From NCBI GenBank assembly GCA_009103225.1, contig RHPI01000575.1, positions 103,224 to 167,223 of the forward strand: a stretch of DNA of 64,000 nt, written 5' to 3'. The notes beneath the pieces were generated by a model, which was not told the DNA's origin, searched no databases, and was given only the letters and a program-made list of their open reading frames with translations. The position numbers and the translations under genes were made by a program. Below are positions 26,401 to 39,471 of this stretch, one piece after another (the stretch's first letter is position 1; each line of letters begins with the position of its first letter). This DNA comes from Chlorokybus atmophyticus. Its lineage: Eukaryota; Plantae; Mesostigma and Chlorokybus algae.

Positions 26401-27803
26401 CGAAGAAAAGCGGATGAAAGAGCCTTCCACCGCCCGAGTTTCCAACGCCCGCAAGGAGGATTGTAGGCGCAGGCCTTCTTCTTGCCAACGTGCGTCTTCC
26501 GGAGACAGGCATAATGCCTGCTCGTTGGCATGCAGCAGGAGGCGAAGGTTGTTCTCGTCCCTTCCTCGCTCCGCCTTCCTCCGCGTAGCATGCTGCTTGG
26601 CGAGCATCGCCAAGGAGTCAAGGCCGGCCTCGAACCACTCAACGCGCTGGGCCGGGGGCGGGTGCTGAGCTTGATGATGAGACCAAAGTTCTTCCGCGTC
26701 CGAGCAGAAAGAGGGATCCTTAAGCAAGGAGGGGTCGAACTTTCAATACCCCGGCCCTCGTGGGACCGAAGCGGGTGAGTGCAGGCTGAGAAGGACGGGT
26801 TTGTGGTCTGACAACGTCTCCCCCATGCGTACCTCGGCTTGCACAGTGAGCGTGCGCATGTCGATGCTCATATACAGCCGGTCGAGCCTGGCAGCCCTGC
26901 GTGCAGCACCCAGGCGGGCGTTGCACCACGAGTGGCTGACGTCCTCCGGGTGAAGAGCCCGGAACGTATCTTCCACCTCCAGTCCGTCCGCGAGCTCAGC
27001 GAATGAGGCAGGGGAGAACGCGGACACGTCCGAGGAGCTGTGCGAGCGGTCCAACCGCGCGTCCTCGACAAAGTTTCAGTCCCCCCCCAGCACGCGCCAA
27101 TCCGCGGGGGGGAGGAAACTAGAGAGCTCCGAGAAGAAGGAAGATCTCTCCGAGGAAGTGTTGGGCGCGTATATTGAAGCCAGGAGGAGGAGCTTTCCTT
27201 CCCAGCGCACGCGCACCCAGCAGCAGCGAGAAGCCACGCAAACTCCGGAGTCTAACACCCTTTGTTTCCAGCTCGAGGGGAAGAGGATTGCCCCCCCACC
27301 NNNNNNNNNNNNNNNNNNNNNNNNNNNNNNNNNNNNNNNNNNNNNNNNNNNNNNNNNNNNNNNNNNNNNNNNNNNNNNNNNNNNNNNNNNNNNNNNNNNN
27401 NNNNNNNNNNNNNNNNNNNNNNNNNNNNNNNNNNNNNNNNNNNNNNNNNNNNNNNNNNNNNNNNNNNNNNNNNNNNNNNNNNNNNNNNNNNNNNNNNNNN
27501 NNNNNNNNNNNNNNNNNNNNNNNNNNNNNNNNNNNNNNNNNNNNNNNNNNNNNNNNNNNNCCCCCCCCCCCGACTGCCCTCCGCAGGCGCCCACACCGAA
27601 CCCCCTTTCCAGAAGCGTTGCAGCCACTGGGAGTCCGACGAGGCATCAAGTTTGGTTTCCTGAAGAAGTAGGAACATGTTGTCCCCTTCCTCCCATTCTC
27701 TTACGCGACGCGCTAGGGTCGAGCGTTTGCTGCGCCCGAGATAAGACGCAGCGCCCCCCAAACCCCGCACGTTCCAGGCACACACTGTGAGTGCGGCCTT
27801 CAT
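23482..27803 (-). pseudogene. L1 ORF2 (APE endonuclease - RT - CCHC), disrupted
   Basis: WNVRGL, LLQETK, SIYAPN, GGD*N, RLDRLY, SDHKPV, GY*KF; KSPGRDG, WRPITLL, LDFEKAFD, VRQGCPMAP, FAFADD; C-terminal CLSC..ETTLHLFFSC. At least 3 in-frame stops and 2 frameshifts; N gap in the endonuclease. Confidence 0.92.
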
Positions 27804-27893
27804 GGTAAGAGAAGAAGGTCGTCCTCGTGGGGAAGGCCGAGCAGCTCCGAGAGGAAGATGTCGCCCCAGTCCACGGCTGCCCACTGCAGGGCG

Positions 27894-30535
27894 TCAATCA
27901 GCGTGGTATCTGCGTTGCGGGGGAGGGGGAGCAGCTGTGTGAGGCCTGTCTCCGCAGCAACCGAAGAGCGGAAGCCACGATGGGGCCCACCAATGCATCC
28001 ACCCCACCCGCCACGCCATGAAGTTTGCGGACATTGGCCCACACCACGTCCCCTTCCCCCGTGGCGTGGAAGGAGTCCGGGAGGGTGACCACCCACACCT
28101 TGCATTGCGGCACCCCCTCGTCCTGCAGGAGGAGCGACAATGAGCTGGAGGCCGCTTCCCACTCCTCCCATGGCACATCCAGGGGCAGTTGAAGCGCTCC
28201 CGCTGCCAAGGTGCGCAACTGCGGTTCCGAGGCTGTCTCCTCCGAGCCAGCCAAAGCGAAGGGCACGGGAGACAGCTGCGGGCTGTCTCCCGTGCCCTTC
28301 TACCCAAGCCCAACCACCATTCCCCTTCATGGCAGCGCAGCACAGCCATGATGGCACGCACCGCGCGAGGGGGTGGCGCCTTCTCCGGGGAGCGAAAGCG
28401 AGTGCGCAGCGCAGGCTGCAAGTGCACCGGACTGGGCGGAGCGTCTGCTGCTGCGTGCAACACCGGCTTGGGTGGAGAGAACAACCTCTTCACCACGGAC
28501 AGCCTCGGAAGCGTGCCGGCCGAGGAAGAGGAGGGGTCCGTCAGCAGCGGGGAAGTGGGCTGCTGCTGAGCTGACTGCCAGGCCTGGAAGGCCGCCAGGA
28601 GCATGAACCCCAGCGTCGCCGTGCGCCCCGCTGCGCTCGTGCGTAGGCCCTCCTCCCACTCCGCGATGGAAGCCCAACGTTGCTCGAGGCCGAGGGGCTG
28701 AGTGTGGGAGCCATCCTCCGGGACAACAATCAGCAGGTAGAGCTTGACCCGTCGTGTGCCCTTGCCCCGGACAGCGGCAATGTTGGAGAGCGCGGCCGAC
28801 AACGCCAACTCCTCCGTTGTCGTGTTCAGCGGGTAGCCGATGGAGAGGAGTGTCTCCCTCAGCTGTGCACAGAACCATGACTCGGTGGGGGGAGAGGCAG
28901 CGAGAGGGGGAGGGAGCTTCTCCACCCGCATACCCGAGCTTCGCCCCACATCCGAGAGTAGCACTTTGGCCTTGCCTTCGGCGTACCCGCGCGCGTGGAG
29001 ATGGCTCCCAACCACCGGCACCACATACACCGTGTCGAAGACGCCCTCCCCCACATCCACCCCGAGAGAATGGAGCAGTGGAGAGAGCACCTCGGAGAGA
29101 ACAGGTGCGGGGGGGTCCTGGGGACGGGCCTCAGGCTCCGCCAGCTGTTGTTCTTCCTCCAACATGTCACACCATTGACGGGACGGGCTGTCCCCCTGCA
29201 ATGCGGGGAGGAGCCAGTCCGCAACGGAAGGCTGCGCACCAGCTGCAGGCGGGGAGGAGGGAGGTGCAGACGACGAGGCAACTTGGCGCTTGCCCTTGCG
29301 TTGCGCCTGCTGCCAGCCCTCCTTCTCCTCCTCCGCGGGCGCCACGAGCATGGCCTCTGATACCTCCCGCTGCGCAGGCAGACGCGGACGGGGAGCTAGC
29401 TGGTTCGTCGTGCGCTCGGATGCAGAGCGCCTGGTGTCCTCTCGCCTCTCCGCTGCATGTGTGGCAACAGTGGGAGGGGGGAGGGGAGGTGCTGCTGCTG
29501 CGGGAAGAACTGACGGGGCAGTCGAAGCAGCTTGTCCAGCTGCGCGCGCGCGAGGGCAGCGTGCACGAACATGGCCAGGCTGCTTGCACAAGAAGCAGGT
29601 GGGAGGAGTGGCAGATGTCACCACGTCCACCGTGTATGTGAGCCAGCTGTCCGCTTGCTTCACGCGGAATGCAAGCTTCTTGGGAATCACCGCCTCGGGC
29701 GTGGAAGGAAGCGGTAGCGTGTGCTCGAAGTTTCGAAGAGCGGAACCTCTCCTGTCTGAGCGTTCGGGAGAGCCTCGCCCAGCACCCCTAGCTGCTGCAC
29801 GGCTGCCCGGATGAAGGGGAGAAGCTCCGGCCTCATGCCCAAGAAGGAGATCCAGAAGCGGGAAGGGGAGGCCTCCTCCCACCGATGCACACGAACGGTC
29901 TTGTGGCTGCACGGAGGAAGAAGGTTGCGCTTGGCAAGGGAAAGGACGTGCTCCGCACCTGCCACGGATGTGAACACGCATTGCACATCCCCGGTTCCGG
30001 CAATTGGATGCACCGAGGACAACAAGCTAGCCTGCTGCCCCTCCGAGCACACCGCTTGCAACCAAGCAAGCCGCACACTCGTAGCTGATGTGAGAGATGC
30101 GGCGAAAGGAAAAGTAAAGACGAGTGCGCGCGAGCGGAGCACGCACAACCAGTCCTCAAACAGTGGGGAAGCTACCGTGATCTCTAAGCATTCAGCAGGC
30201 CCCTCCAGAGAAGGGGTGACTAGCAAAGAGCCAGGGCAACCCGACACAACCGTAGCTAGGCACTCAGCTGTGGGAGGAGGGGCCTCTTGCGAAGCCCTGG
30301 AAAGCGTGGTAGACAAGCCCGGGGCAGGACGGCCAGCAGGGTGCCGTGGGTCTCCTGCGCTCCAGGCGCCTCCGGCCACCTCAAGCGAGGCGGTGGCCTG
30401 GGGCAGCCCCTCCCCTTGAAGGGGGGGAGGGGAAGGCTGAGCTGGCTGAGCCGGTAGAGGGGAGGCAGGCGCAGCAAGCATGGCCTCCGCGCTGTCCATC
30501 TCCTCAGTCATGTTGACCAGGGTTGACCAACCCAA
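27894..30535 (-). pseudogene. L1 ORF1 (RRM-like region plus CCHC knuckle, long C-terminal extension), one frameshift near 29735
   Basis: FWISFLGMRPELLPFIRAAVQQLG followed, after a 1-nt shift (GEVPLF/RNFEHTLP), by CFLCKQPGHVRARC. Confidence 0.8.
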
Positions 30536-33500
30536 AGATAGATTTGCTACAAAGGGCGGCGGGGTGGCCAGGTCAGGGGCAGGACCCCATCCCCAACCAC
30601 CCCCCCAACGACGTGAAAGCTCCCCCCCCCTCCCAAGCTACTCCGCCGCCGCCGCCGATCACTAGGCTCCCGTTGTTCGTCCGCCAGCGGCCGGATGTTG
30701 GTACTTGCAGCTGCGCCAATCAGAGAGTTGCATCGCTTCTGCCGTGGTAAACGGGGCCGTTAACCGTCAACCACCGCTGGCTTGCGGTGCGCATCACCCT
30801 TGGTTTTGCACAAAAGTCCGTACTCACGCGCATTTTGCGCAAAAAAATACAGGTTTCTAACGCACGCCGCCCTCATAGAACGGCCGCATAGGGCCGCTTG
30901 CCCCGATTGCCAGCGCTTCGATCAAAATTTCACGTCGGTCAAAAGGCGAGAGAACGATTAGGGCTTAGCCCTAGGGGGGGTTAGGGTTATCGCCAGGTGA
31001 CAGAGCCGACACCCGCGTGCCCGAGTCTTTAAAGTCTGCAGACTCTGCAGAGCCTGCGCCTAAGCCTTCAGGGCTACGGATTAGGCCTAGCCACACGCGC
31101 GCTGTCTCGTGGTGCTTGCAAGCGGCGTGAATGCTGCGGCGGATGCAGAGGATTTGTCGAGTAGAGTAGTAGCACACAAGCCACACCTCTGCATGGGGCG
31201 GCTCCGACGTCGCGGCGGCGGCGGCGGCGGCGCTGTGCACGTCTTGGTGGCCGTGTTTGCTTTGACCTAACCAGGATTTCCAAAGAGCTCGCCAGGTTCC
31301 CAACGCGGTGAGGGCCCGTTGGCCGGCACACAGCACCCACTGGCAACTTGCCAGCAACTACTGTCCCAGCATTCGTCAGTTTGGCAAGAGACTCAGGCGA
31401 GCACTGCATGCAATGCTCGCCTGAGTCTCCTCTTGGGCAAAAGGCTGCGTTGGCCTCTCTTGTTAATCAGCAGTTGCGTGTTGTCCCCAACTAGAACGCC
31501 GCGTCTCACGCGGTTCCTGCTGCATGCCGCTGCCTGAGGTGCAGGCTGCCCAACATCACACAACCAGATGCATGTGAACTTCGTCACGCACACTCTGAGG
31601 AGGAGCGTCATTGAGCGCACGGTCGTGGCTGCAGAGTACTCACACATGGACAGGCCTGTGTATCCATGTTGGCATGTGCCGTGCACATGCATTGCCCCCT
31701 CATGTTGGTTGACCGGGTGTCGCGTGCACACCGCAGGACTGCTAGTGACGCAAACCAGCCACTTGCGTGAGAAACGCATCAACGACAAGTTGATCGCTTG
31801 ACAAGAGCGCCAGCTCACCCACCCGCTCCAGATCTAACCATGCTTCGTGCTGCTCGTCCTCATCCCCTCTTGCTCCGCCTCCTCCTTGTTCTGGTCGTTG
31901 TCCACCTCGCCGGTGCCTCTACTGCAAGCGGGGAGCGCGCACCGAGGAGGGCGCTGCTGCTGGCTGGAGGGAGTGGCGGTCATAATGATGAGGTGTTGAG
32001 CAGGACCGCGGGTGGCGTGCCGTGCTACGAAGGCCGCCCGCTGCCCAACCTCTTCCTCATTGGTGGGCAGAAGTGTGGCTCCACCACTCTCTGGGGCTAT
32101 TTTGTCAGATGTGTGCTTGAAACGCGCAACGCTGACAGCGCGGCCTGACATTGACACACTTCATGTGCTTCTGCAGTGAAGCCTTTGGCAAGGGAGCGGT
32201 AAGCCCTTTGGCGTGTTTGAGATGCTTCAAGATGTGTACTAACTGAGGCCACGCACAACACACGCACGCACAGCATTGGTGTGTGTGTGTGTGTGTGTGT
32301 GTGTGCTTCAAATCAATCAAGCAGGTTTTCAAGTACGAAAAAGAGCTTCGCTTTTTACAACAACGGCTGTTGCCGCAAAGAACACCGGATTTTTTGGCAG
32401 AGTACTCAAAGATCTACCCCCGGTGCTCTGACAGCCGCCTCGCAGATGGGGTAAGAGCTGATATTGTCAACAAGGATGCTCTAATGCACTTGTCGTTTCA
32501 ACATCAGCATGCAAAAGCCCAACCGTGACGTGCACACCCTTGTGTATGCACTCGCTTGTGGCCCGTGCATGCCGCACTACATATACATACATATAGACCG
32601 CGCACGCAAGCAACTACATAGATTAGCACAGGCATATGCCCGTGCTCACATGCACACACACATGCACTAACATACACGCATATGCAGAGGGTGCGTTACG
32701 TGACGGACAGCACACCGATTTATCTGCTCTTGCTAAACACACCGATGCACATTGGCCAGCACTACTCCCGTTACGGGCTCGACGCAGAACTCAAGTTTAT
32801 GGTCAGTCCTGACCTGTGTGACTTGTGTGACCTGTTTATATTTACGGTTTATGGTTTAGGTCTCCCTGCGCGACCCCGTCGAACGCACCCTCTCATGGTT
32901 TGGGCACACTGGCCGAATTACATATCACATCCCGTGCCACGTTGAATTTGATCCATGGGCCCAACAGGCCCTGGCCGAGGCCCGCACCTGCATGGCCGCA
33001 CGCCAACATCTGCCCAAGCCACGGGTGCTTCAGCTCGTGCATCGATTTGTACGACATGCACTGCCTGCATTGAAAGAGATTTTGATCAGCGGTTGTGTGC
33101 AGGTTTATGAGGAGTGTCGGCCTTCTATTCTGTTGGACTCATGGTATGCCGTTCAGTTGAACTTGTGGTGGAGGCTCTTCCCACCTCAGAGGCAATTTCT
33201 CATCGTGGACTTCCACAAGTTAGTGTACCAGCGCGAGGCCACTATCGTGCGCATGCTCGACTTCCTCGGGATCGAGTACGAGCTCCCGCTCCCGGACCTA
33301 GAAGTGCACAACAACCCCATGTCCAGTCACGATGTCTGCGCCATGCCAACCATGTCGAACGAGACGCGTGCAATGTTGGTGGAGTTCTTTCAACCGCTCA
33401 ATGAGCAGTTGAAGTCGTTGTTCGAGCGGTATGGTGTATCTAAATGGTTGCCAGAGTTTGTGTAACCGAGAGTATGTGGGTGAGGCGGGACGGCAAGATG

Positions 33501-35136
33501 AGCAACTCAAACGGGAGAGGATGCGGGAAGACGGTAAACACTTGGACAGCAATGAGGAGGATTTGGAGCTTGTGGAGCAGGGTTTAAAGCTTGAGGAGGA
33601 TGCTAATGATACCGATATGTATGAGTATGACGACGCCCCATAGATAGCAAGGATTTGTGAAACTTGACCGGTTGTGTAGTATTGTTGTTTGCATAAGCAC
33701 TGAAGTAGCATCTAAAATATGTGCATATGTGTTTTGTAAGTTTTTTATGTCTCTGTGCGCACAATCAAGTATAGGTCTACGCGGTGTAAGAACCAATGAG
33801 TGTAGAGACAGCAGCAGCGTTGGTTATAATGTCCAATATTGTGTCATAATAATGTTGTTGCTAAAATTGCGTACAGTAATCATGATGTACCAAGTCACTA
33901 TGCGGTTCAATTTATTAGCTAACCTGGGCCCGGAACGAGGACGCCAAAGGGAGGTTAACTTTTGCAGTTGGAGAGCTGGCGTGCTAATGAGGCGTGCTAC
34001 GCAGTGTCTGCCGCAGGAGGGGCAAATGCAAGAGCAAGGGCGAAGGCCGTGACAGCGTCATTGCATCGCCATAGTCCTTCGAGGACTCCTTGTCTCTTAG
34101 CACCGAGGCCACGAAGGGGGTGGTGGTGATTATGGTGCCAGCAGTGCTGCTACCAGTGTCAGTCTTTCAAGCAGCGGTGGTTGTGCGTGTACGCAAGACC
34201 ACTCCTGGAGCAAGAGGCAGCGCAGATGGTGCTCCCAACCCTTCGGCAGCGAACCTGACATGACTCTGGCAGAGCCGAAATGGACGCAGTCGCTTGTCTT
34301 CAAGAAGATTGTGGGCAATGGCGACCTCGTGCCACACAGCTGCGGTGACGTCATCTAGGTAGTCCGCGGCAAGGACAAACTTTTGGTGTCATTCCATTGG
34401 TTTTTGGCTCGATGCTTCACGGTCAAGATGATGGAGTTAAAGCAGTGTATCAAGTTCCGCAAAGAGATAGCTCCTGCAGCGCCGATGAAGACCAACCTTC
34501 TGTTGCTGTTGCGATTGCCAATCGCAACTGCCCCTTCAGACGGCCTAAAGGGCAGCCGTATCTTCTTCGCTATTGGAGCTGACAACGCGGTTGAAAGGAA
34601 GCCAATAACTTACAGCAGTGGGTGCGTCACCAATTTGAGTGTACATGAAGTTAGTGCAGAGGTTGTTTTGATTAATGCAGTATTCATGTTAAATCAATCG
34701 TGATTAAACTTCATACGCATTTTATATGAAGGTCACAATAGCACATAATAGTTTTTATTGATGCAGTATCAAATCCATACACTTCACATGGATTCAACGT
34801 AATATCACTTCATGTTGATTCATGTGGAAACGATAGCAATGTGCGCTCATGTCCGTGGCATGCATATAACATATAACCGTTATATAACTTGAAGTCTTTT
34901 CATGCAATGCACACATAGTAAATACTTGATATAGGCAGCATGATCAGCAACAAGTAGCAATGCAAGGTGCATGCATGTTACCATCACGTACACCTTGCTG
35001 CTATCACATACAACATATCGCTACTCGCTGAACTGTACAACCTCTAGGGACATAAGCTAACTAAATATCAGCCATATTATCACACATGCCGCCAACGCCT
35101 TCATTAGCGCCCTCGTGCGCCACCGCCCGCCATTAA
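29777..35136 (+). repeat. Copy 1 of a 5360-bp direct duplication (offset 6006)
   Basis: Matches 35783-41142; includes the L1 5' end, the sulfotransferase gene and downstream DNA. Confidence 0.95.
31840..33465 (+). CDS. PAPS-dependent sulfotransferase (Sulfotransfer_1, HS3ST-like), N-terminal signal anchor, multi-exon, copy 1
   Basis: 5'-PSB loop PNLFLIGGQKCGSTTL, KELRF, TDSTPIY, 3'-PB VSLRDPVERTLSWF, WYAVQLNLWWRLFP, LVEFFQPLNEQL. Confidence 0.88.
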
Positions 35137-35693
35137 CCCTGTCAAGTCTTTCAAACCTCACCATTGAAGCGAACTCTGCGCCGGCATGTGAAGGCTGGCC
35201 CAAGTGGCGTCCACAACTACACCTTGTACCAGGCATCAATGGGTGCGGTGTGTTGGCAAGAAGACTCGGTGCAAGAACAAGTGGTCCTTAAGATCATCGT
35301 TCCAGCACGTCGTGGCAGCAGCACCACTGGGGGGCACTGGACATTATTGTACACTAGCTGCAACCACCCCGTCGGTGCCGGCATCAAGCCCTCGACCCCT
35401 TTGTGCATGGCATTTGCGAGCCGCGCTAAGCAAAACACGGCTGTCATCAGACGCTTCTACGGCAACCGCACCATTGCAGAGACCCATGCTCAAAGTCGAC
35501 AGTGTAATAAATTACCTGACGGGAAATGTTCATCGTATCACGATCACGTTTATTTATGATGCAAGCAAATCTCTTCGTAAGGAAGACTGCGACGGCGCTG
35601 CTCAACGCTTTCACATTACCGTATGCGCAGTGCCCTTCCGCCATCAGGCTCATGTTTCGCCACGCTCTGTACCACGGCGTAAATCTTGACCAG

Positions 35694-35695
<2 letters not shown>

Positions 35696-35742
<47 letters not shown>
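35696..35742. repeat. (CT)n microsatellite close to the duplication junction
   Basis: Direct sequence; followed by a G-rich run and then the start of copy 2. Confidence 0.9.
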
Positions 35743-35746
<4 letters not shown>

Positions 35747-35782
35747 CTCTCTTTGTGAGGTGGGGAGGGGCGCGGGGGGGGG

Positions 35783-36691
35783 GCCCAGCACCCCTAGCTG
35801 CTGCACGGCTGCCCGGATGAAGGGGAGAAGCTCCGGCCTCATGCCCAGGAAGGAGATCCAGAAGCGGGAAGGCGAGGCCTCCTCCCACCGATGCACACGA
35901 ACAGTCTTGTGGCTGCACGGAGGAAGAAGGTTGCGCTTGGCAAGGGAAAGGACGTGCTCCGCACCTGCCACGGATGTGAACACGCATTGCACATCCCCGG
36001 TTCCGGCAATTGGATGCACCGAGGACAACAAGCTAGCCGGCTGCCCCTCCGAGCACACCGCTTGCAACCAAGCAAGCCGCACACTTGTAGCTGATGTGAG
36101 TGATGCGGCGAAAGGAAAAGTAAAGACGAGTGCGCGCGAGCGGAGCACGCACAACCAGTCCTCAAACAGTGGGGAAGCTACCGTGATCTCTAAGCATTCA
36201 GCAGGCCCCTCCAGAGAAGGGGTGACTAGCAAAGAGCCAGGGCAACCCGACACAACTGTAGCTAGGCACTCAGCTGTGGGAGGAGGGGCCTCTTGCGAAG
36301 CCCTGGAAAGCGTGGTAGACAAGCCCGGGGCAGGACGGCCAGCAGGGCGCCGTGGGTCTCCTGCGCTCCAGGCGCCTCCGGCCACCTCAAGCGAGGCGGT
36401 GGCCTGGGGCAGCCCCTCCCCTTGAAGGGGGGGAGGGGAAGGCTGAGCTGGCTGAGCCGGTAGAGGGGAGGCAAGCGCAGCAAGCATGGCCTCCGCGCTG
36501 TCTATCTCCTCAGCCATGTTGACCAGGGTTGACCAACCCAAAAATAGGTTTGCTACAAAGGGCGGCGAGGTGGCCAGGTCAGGGGTAGGACCGCAGCCCC
36601 AACCACCCCCCCAACGACGTGAAAGCTCCCCCCCCCTCCCAAGCTACTCCGCCGCCGCCGCCGATCACTAGGCTCCCGTTGTTCGTCCGCC
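35783..36691 (-). mobile_element. L1 5' fragment (5'UTR and ORF1 N-terminus)
   Basis: About 98% identical to 29777-30685 (about 17 substitutions counted by eye). Confidence 0.9.
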
Positions 36692-37845
36692 AGCGGCCGG
36701 ATGTTGGTACTTGCAGCTGCGCCAATCAGAGAGTTGCATCGCTTCTGCCGTGGTAAACGGGGCCGTTAACCGTCAACCACCGCTGGCTTGCGGTGCGCAT
36801 CACCCTTGGTTTTGCACAAAAGTCCGTACTCACGCGCATTTTGCGCAAAAAAATACAGGTTTCTAACGCACGCCGCCCTCATAGAACGGCCGCATAGGGC
36901 CGCTTGCCCCGATTGCCAGCGCTTCGATCAAAATTTCACGTCGGTCAAAAGGCGAGAGAACGATTAGGGCTTAGCCCTAGGGGGGGTTAGGGTTATCGCC
37001 AGGTGACAGAGCCGACACCCGCGTGCCCGAGTCTTTAAAGTCTGCAGACTCTGCAGAGCCTGCGCCTAAGCCTTCAGGGCTACGGATTAGGCCTAGCCAC
37101 ACGCGCGCTGTCTCGTGGTGCTTGCAAGCGGCGTGAATGCTGCGGCGGATGCAGAGGATTTGTCGAGTAGAGTAGTAGCACACAAGCCACACCTCTGCAT
37201 GGGGCGGCTCCGACGTCGCGGCGGCGGCGGCGGCGGCGCTGTGCACGTCTTGGTGGCCGTGTTTGCTTTGACCTAACCAGGATTTCCAAAGAGCTCGCCA
37301 GGTTCCCAACGCGGTGAGGGCCCGTTGGCCGGCACACAGCACCCACTGGCAACTTGCCAGCAACTACTGTCCCAGCATTCGTCAGTTTGGCAAGAGACTC
37401 AGGCGAGCACTGCATGCAATGCTCGCCTGAGTCTCCTCTTGGGCAAAAGGCTGCGTTGGCCTCTCTTGTTAATCAGCAGTTGCGTGTTGTCCCCAACTAG
37501 AACGCCGCGTCTCACGCGGTTCCTGCTGCATGCCGCTGCCTGAGGTGCAGGCTGCCCAACATCACACAACCAGATGCATGTGAACTTCGTCACGCACACT
37601 CTGAGGAGGAGCGTCATTGAGCGCACGGTCGTGGCTGCAGAGTACTCACACATGGACAGGCCTGTGTATCCATGTTGGCATGTGCCGTGCACATGCATTG
37701 CCCCCTCATGTTGGTTGACCGGGTGTCGCGTGCACACCGCAGGACTGCTAGTGACGCAAACCAGCCACTTGCGTGAGAAACGCATCAACGACAAGTTGAT
37801 CGCTTGACAAGAGCGCCAGCTCACCCACCCGCTCCAGATCTAACC

Positions 37846-39471
37846 ATGCTTCGTGCTGCTCGTCCTCATCCCCTCTTGCTCCGCCTCCTCCTTGTTCTGG
37901 TCGTTGTCCACCTCGCCGGTGCCTCTACTGCAAGCGGGGAGCGCGCACCGAGGAGGGCGCTGCTGCTGGCTGGAGGGAGTGGCGGTCATAATGATGAGGT
38001 GTTGAGCAGGACCGCGGGTGGCGTGCCGTGCTACGAAGGCCGCCCGCTGCCCAACCTCTTCCTCATTGGTGGGCAGAAGTGTGGCTCCACCACTCTCTGG
38101 GGCTATTTTGTCAGATGTGTGCTTGAAACGCGCAACGCTGACAGCGCGGCCTGACATTGACACACTTCATGTGCTTCTGCAGTGAAGCCTTTGGCAAGGG
38201 AGCGGTAAGCCCTTTGGCGTGTTTGAGATGCTTCAAGATGTGTACTAACTGAGGCCACGCACAACACACGCACGCACAGCATTGGTGTGTGTGTGTGTGT
38301 GTGTGTGTGTGCTTCAAATCAATCAAGCAGGTTTTCAAGTACGAAAAAGAGCTTCGCTTTTTACAACAACGGCTGTTGCCGCAAAGAACACCGGATTTTT
38401 TGGCAGAGTACTCAAAGATCTACCCCCGGTGCTCTGACAGCCGCCTCGCAGATGGGGTAAGAGCTGATATTGTCAACAAGGATGCTCTAATGCACTTGTC
38501 GTTTCAACATCAGCATGCAAAAGCCCAACCGTGACGTGCACACCCTTGTGTATGCACTCGCTTGTGGCCCGTGCATGCCGCACTACATATACATACATAT
38601 AGACCGCGCACGCAAGCAACTACATAGATTAGCACAGGCATATGCCCGTGCTCACATGCACACACACATGCACTAACATACACGCATATGCAGAGGGTGC
38701 GTTACGTGACGGACAGCACACCGATTTATCTGCTCTTGCTAAACACACCGATGCACATTGGCCAGCACTACTCCCGTTACGGGCTCGACGCAGAACTCAA
38801 GTTTATGGTCAGTCCTGACCTGTGTGACTTGTGTGACCTGTTTATATTTACGGTTTATGGTTTAGGTCTCCCTGCGCGACCCCGTCGAACGCACCCTCTC
38901 ATGGTTTGGGCACACTGGCCGAATTACATATCACATCCCGTGCCACGTTGAATTTGATCCATGGGCCCAACAGGCCCTGGCCGAGGCCCGCACCTGCATG
39001 GCCGCACGCCAACATCTGCCCAAGCCACGGGTGCTTCAGCTCGTGCATCGATTTGTACGACATGCACTGCCTGCATTGAAAGAGATTTTGATCAGCGGTT
39101 GTGTGCAGGTTTATGAGGAGTGTCGGCCTTCTATTCTGTTGGACTCATGGTATGCCGTTCAGTTGAACTTGTGGTGGAGGCTCTTCCCACCTCAGAGGCA
39201 ATTTCTCATCGTGGACTTCCACAAGTTAGTGTACCAGCGCGAGGCCACTATCGTGCGCATGCTCGACTTCCTCGGGATCGAGTACGAGCTCCCGCTCCCG
39301 GACCTAGAAGTGCACAACAACCCCATGTCCAGTCACGATGTCTGCGCCATGCCAACCATGTCGAACGAGACGCGTGCAATGTTGGTGGAGTTCTTTCAAC
39401 CGCTCAATGAGCAGTTGAAGTCGTTGTTCGAGCGGTATGGTGTATCTAAATGGTTGCCAGAGTTTGTGTAA
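37846..39471 (+). CDS. Sulfotransferase, copy 2 (appears identical to copy 1)
   Basis: Identical ORF translations at offset 6006. Confidence 0.8.

Larger units (their letters stand above)
23047..30685 (-). mobile_element. Full-length, decayed L1-clade LINE (~7.6 kb)
   Basis: Poly-A tail (15 T at 23047-23061 on +), ORF1 and ORF2, candidate TSD AGTGGCCGGAT (23037-23047) / AGCGGCCGGAT (30686-30696). Confidence 0.9.

Noticed and set aside
27301-27560. Apparent 260-bp insertion in the L1 endonuclease
   Set aside because: The flanks read AEGSRGGG and GGGAILF, which overlap into the expected motif; the gap is probably near zero length, caused by a G-run.
30955-30990. Telomere-like TTAGGG motifs
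   Set aside because: Only two or three scattered units; not an array.
33950-34703. Coding-looking segment and its duplicate (39956-40709)
   Set aside because: Stops in all frames and no recognisable domain.
35137-35690. Possible Ulp1-like protease remnant (KIIVP...GGHWTLL)
   Set aside because: One short motif; no catalytic Q/C segment found in frame.
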